From IMG/VR virus record IMGVR_UViG_3300012667_000478, positions 1 to 46,484 of that record: a stretch of 46,484 nt of DNA, one strand, 5' to 3'. Positions 44,297-46,484 of this stretch are shown piece after piece. The notes under the pieces were generated by a model. That model saw nothing but the letters and a program-made list of their open reading frames with translations. It was not told where the DNA came from and did no database searches. The stretch comes from a virus. Taxonomy: Duplodnaviria > Caudoviricetes. The position numbers and the translations under genes were made by a program. Every line of letters starts with the position of its first letter. Position 1 is the stretch's first letter.

Positions 44297-44452
44297 TTAA
44301 TTGTTTAATGATTTTTCTTTATTAGTTATAGGATCCATTATTAAATGGAAACATAATGTAAAATGCATATCCATATATAAATCTTCTTTTAAATAATGAT
44401 AATATGGTGCATTTTGTTTACATTTTTTAAACATATTAATAAATGTGTTCAT
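44297..44452 (-). CDS. Small hypothetical protein (51 aa; not in ORF track)
   Basis: MNTFINMFKKC...SLNN*; has the same 23-nt leader repeat as the next gene. Confidence 0.55.
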   Translation of the reverse strand: MNTFINMFKKCKQNAPYYHYLKEDLYMDMHFTLCFHLIMDPITNKEKSLNN

Positions 44453-44472
44453 GATTGGATAGTTTTAAATGA

Positions 44473-44619
44473 TTATCTTCTTGCCCATGTTGGACATTTG
44501 TCTACGTTATACTTCTTAACTACAGCTTTACCATTTGCACAACTTGTTAAGGAAGCCATTGCTATAAGACATACGATTGTTACTGTGTAACACACTGTTA
44601 AATACACTAATTTTTTCAT
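44473..44619 (-). CDS. Small lipoprotein (48 aa; not in ORF track)
   Basis: MKKLVYLTVCYTVTIVCLIAMASLTS-C lipobox, then ANGKAVVKKYNVDKCPTWARR. Confidence 0.6.
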   Translation of the reverse strand: MKKLVYLTVCYTVTIVCLIAMASLTSCANGKAVVKKYNVDKCPTWARR

Positions 44620-44688
44620 TTGATTTTTGTTTTAGATTGTTTATAAAAAAAGACTTTTACCACCAAGTCTAGGAGTTTTAATAAAACT

Positions 44689-45138
44689 TTAAATTCCCCA
44701 AATATTTTCATCTTCTTTTTTTGGAATTAATGGTTTACCATTCCAATTAGATAAGTGTGTTTCAGAAATACTTTTTACAAGAGTACTTAATTTTACTCTG
44801 AAACCTATAGTATCTTGAGAATGATAATTTGTAGCAAACTCTTTATAATTGTCTTCATTGATAAGACTTGTGTCTGTATCTTTGTTTACATATATATGTT
44901 TGCTATCATTAATCATATAATAATAATTAACCCAATCATCCCATTTGTTATAGCTAATAAAGTAACAATCTCTATCATTATATATTGCTGAAGATTGTAT
45001 TACAGGTTCTTTATAAATACCTAATAATATTTGAGTTGCTATATCAGGGTTAGGTGTTGCATTAATTACTTCCATAATAGATTCAATGTCTTGTTTAGGG
45101 AATACAGTCCCTAATGCTACTGTTAAAATAGTTTCCAT
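44689..45138 (-). CDS. Hypothetical protein
   Basis: 149 aa; AAAACTATC motif upstream. Confidence 0.7.
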   Translation of the reverse strand: METILTVALGTVFPKQDIESIMEVINATPNPDIATQILLGIYKEPVIQSSAIYNDRDCYFISYNKWDDWVNYYYMINDSKHIYVNKDTDTSLINEDNYKEFATNYHSQDTIGFRVKLSTLVKSISETHLSNWNGKPLIPKKEDENIWGI

Positions 45139-45290
45139 GATAATTGTTTTTTTTAGATAGTTTATAATTTAATAAGAACAGTATAAAGCCATAAATCCCC
45201 GGTTAATTAACCTAGACCAAATACCTAACTCCTGTTCGTGTAGCTTATTGTGTTTTAATAAGTTGTTCTACGTTACATTTGATTGATTTA

Positions 45291-45476
45291 TTATTTAAAT
45301 TCATCTGATATTATAGGTAATGGTAGCCACCAACCTATTAATATTGAATAAAAGATGAATGTTGGTAGACTATGAATTAAGTCTTGTTGAGTGATTATTT
45401 CAATAAGGAATGCTAGTGTAAAGAATGTTCCAAAGAACATTGCAATGTAGATTAAAATCTTTTTAAAGTTTTTCAT
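45291..45476 (-). CDS. Small two-TM membrane protein
   Basis: Two hydrophobic helices; AAAACTATC leader. Confidence 0.65.
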   Translation of the reverse strand: MKNFKKILIYIAMFFGTFFTLAFLIEIITQQDLIHSLPTFIFYSILIGWWLPLPIISDEFK

Positions 45477-45513
45477 TTTGGATAGTTTTTAAAAGTTAAT
45501 AAAGTCAGAGGAA

Positions 45514-45723
45514 CTATTCCCCTGACTGTAATTCTGCTGCATTAAGTTCACTTTCAATAAATGATTGAAGACAGTCTCTAAATGAGATTAAAGTAGATTC
45601 TTGAATTTTTAATTCTTCTGTAGAATCAAATGTATTTTCTTCAATATATCCTATTGTACAACCAATAGTGTCTAATTCATTATCAATCATTTTGATAATG
45701 TCTAATGTTGTTTGAGTATCCAT
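45514..45723 (-). CDS. Small acidic hypothetical protein
   Basis: Glu/Asp-rich; AAAACTATC leader. Confidence 0.65.
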   Translation of the reverse strand: MDTQTTLDIIKMIDNELDTIGCTIGYIEENTFDSTEELKIQESTLISFRDCLQSFIESELNAAELQSGE

Positions 45724-45850
45724 TGTTTGATAGTTTTTTTAGTTAATAATTAATTGAATTTAAATCTCCAGGCGACCACCGTTAAGAGATTTTGTTCTAA
45801 TGTACTTGTATTTCTACGAAGGTATTATGTTCCTTCAACCATTAGTATTG

Positions 45851-46156
45851 TTATTTTGATTCTTTACATATTTCTGAATAATGTTTATCCATTACTTGTT
45901 TAAGTTCACGGTAGTATTTCATTTCTACAGCATCATTAGTATGTTCATCAGATATATACCATTTTTTAGCTTCATATAATGTATCTAATACATCTTTATG
46001 GTCTATTAACCATTTAGCATATTTATCATTTAAAGATAATCTTGTGCAAGTAATTTTATCAGACCAATCTACCATTGAATGTAAGTATACATAGTGATAT
46101 ATATCTATTACAACTGTGTGTGTAACAGGATATTCATAAATTTCAAAGTCGTTCAT
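45851..46156 (-). CDS. Hypothetical protein
   Basis: 101 aa; variant leader ATAACTATC. Confidence 0.65.
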   Translation of the reverse strand: MNDFEIYEYPVTHTVVIDIYHYVYLHSMVDWSDKITCTRLSLNDKYAKWLIDHKDVLDTLYEAKKWYISDEHTNDAVEMKYYRELKQVMDKHYSEICKESK

Positions 46157-46200
46157 TGTGATAGTTATTTAATTGTTAATAATTAATTGAATTATTCTAT

Positions 46201-46385
46201 TGCACTAAGTTGTAATCTGTAGCTTTTTATAGTATACACAGATTTTAGTATGAATTATTCTCCATCATACATTGGAGTAACTAACCTAGATATTAAGTTA
46301 TATCTATTAATCTTTGATCTAGCACTATTATTTATATATTATTCATATGATTTATGTATATAAATTTAGTTACAACTTTGGTGCA
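46201..46385 (-). ncRNA. Putative ~185-nt structured RNA
   Basis: Long-range stem TGCAC..AGTTGTAA/TTACAACT..GTGCA, with inner TATGAAT/ATTCATA, CTAGAT/ATCTAG and CTCCA/TGGAG. Confidence 0.45.
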
Positions 46386-46484
46386 TTAGGAATTAAAGTA
46401 ATACATACCACCTAACAGGTTAGTGTAAATGGTCTCCGAAGTCCAAGTATGTATTACATTGTGTTTAAGCTATGTATATAATAC

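Noticed and set aside
21747-44590. Plus-strand ORFs at 21747, 22450, 23305, 27590, 34005, 40918, 42547, 43911 and 44396
   Set aside because: Antisense to well-supported, tightly coupled minus-strand genes.

Overview
This is a very AT-rich fragment of a crAss-like (Crassvirales-type) dsDNA phage genome, most likely infecting Bacteroidota, and it uses the standard genetic code. The + strand (1-17723) carries the virion cargo/ejection module. It begins with a >4300-aa protein, truncated at the window edge, that fuses a zincin HExxH domain, a repeat-bounded variable region, a virion RNA polymerase (DFDID) and a macro-like C-terminal domain. A small protein and a 1403-aa protein with a PD-(D/E)xK nuclease domain follow. 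A bidirectional terminator at ~17840 separates this from a - strand block. That block holds replication and nucleotide genes (PolB, DnaB-like and SF2 helicases, DnaG-like primase, split Prim-Pol/PriCT, Sak4-like ATPase, SSB-like protein, 5'-3' exonuclease, resolvase, GIY-YIG endonuclease, sigma-like factor, dNTP diphosphohydrolase, metallophosphoesterase) and a MoxR-AAA/vWA/nucleotidyltransferase cluster. It ends in an early region of small genes. The most unusual signals are two aberrant tRNA-like genes, a dense set of multi-stem non-coding elements in the intergenic gaps (including one of ~380 nt), head-to-tail terminal cysteines on otherwise Cys-free cargo proteins, a homing endonuclease that appears to have swapped its target gene's N-terminus, and gene cassettes joined by repeated stop/start junctions. 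All calls come from motif reading and base-pairing by eye; no searches were run.
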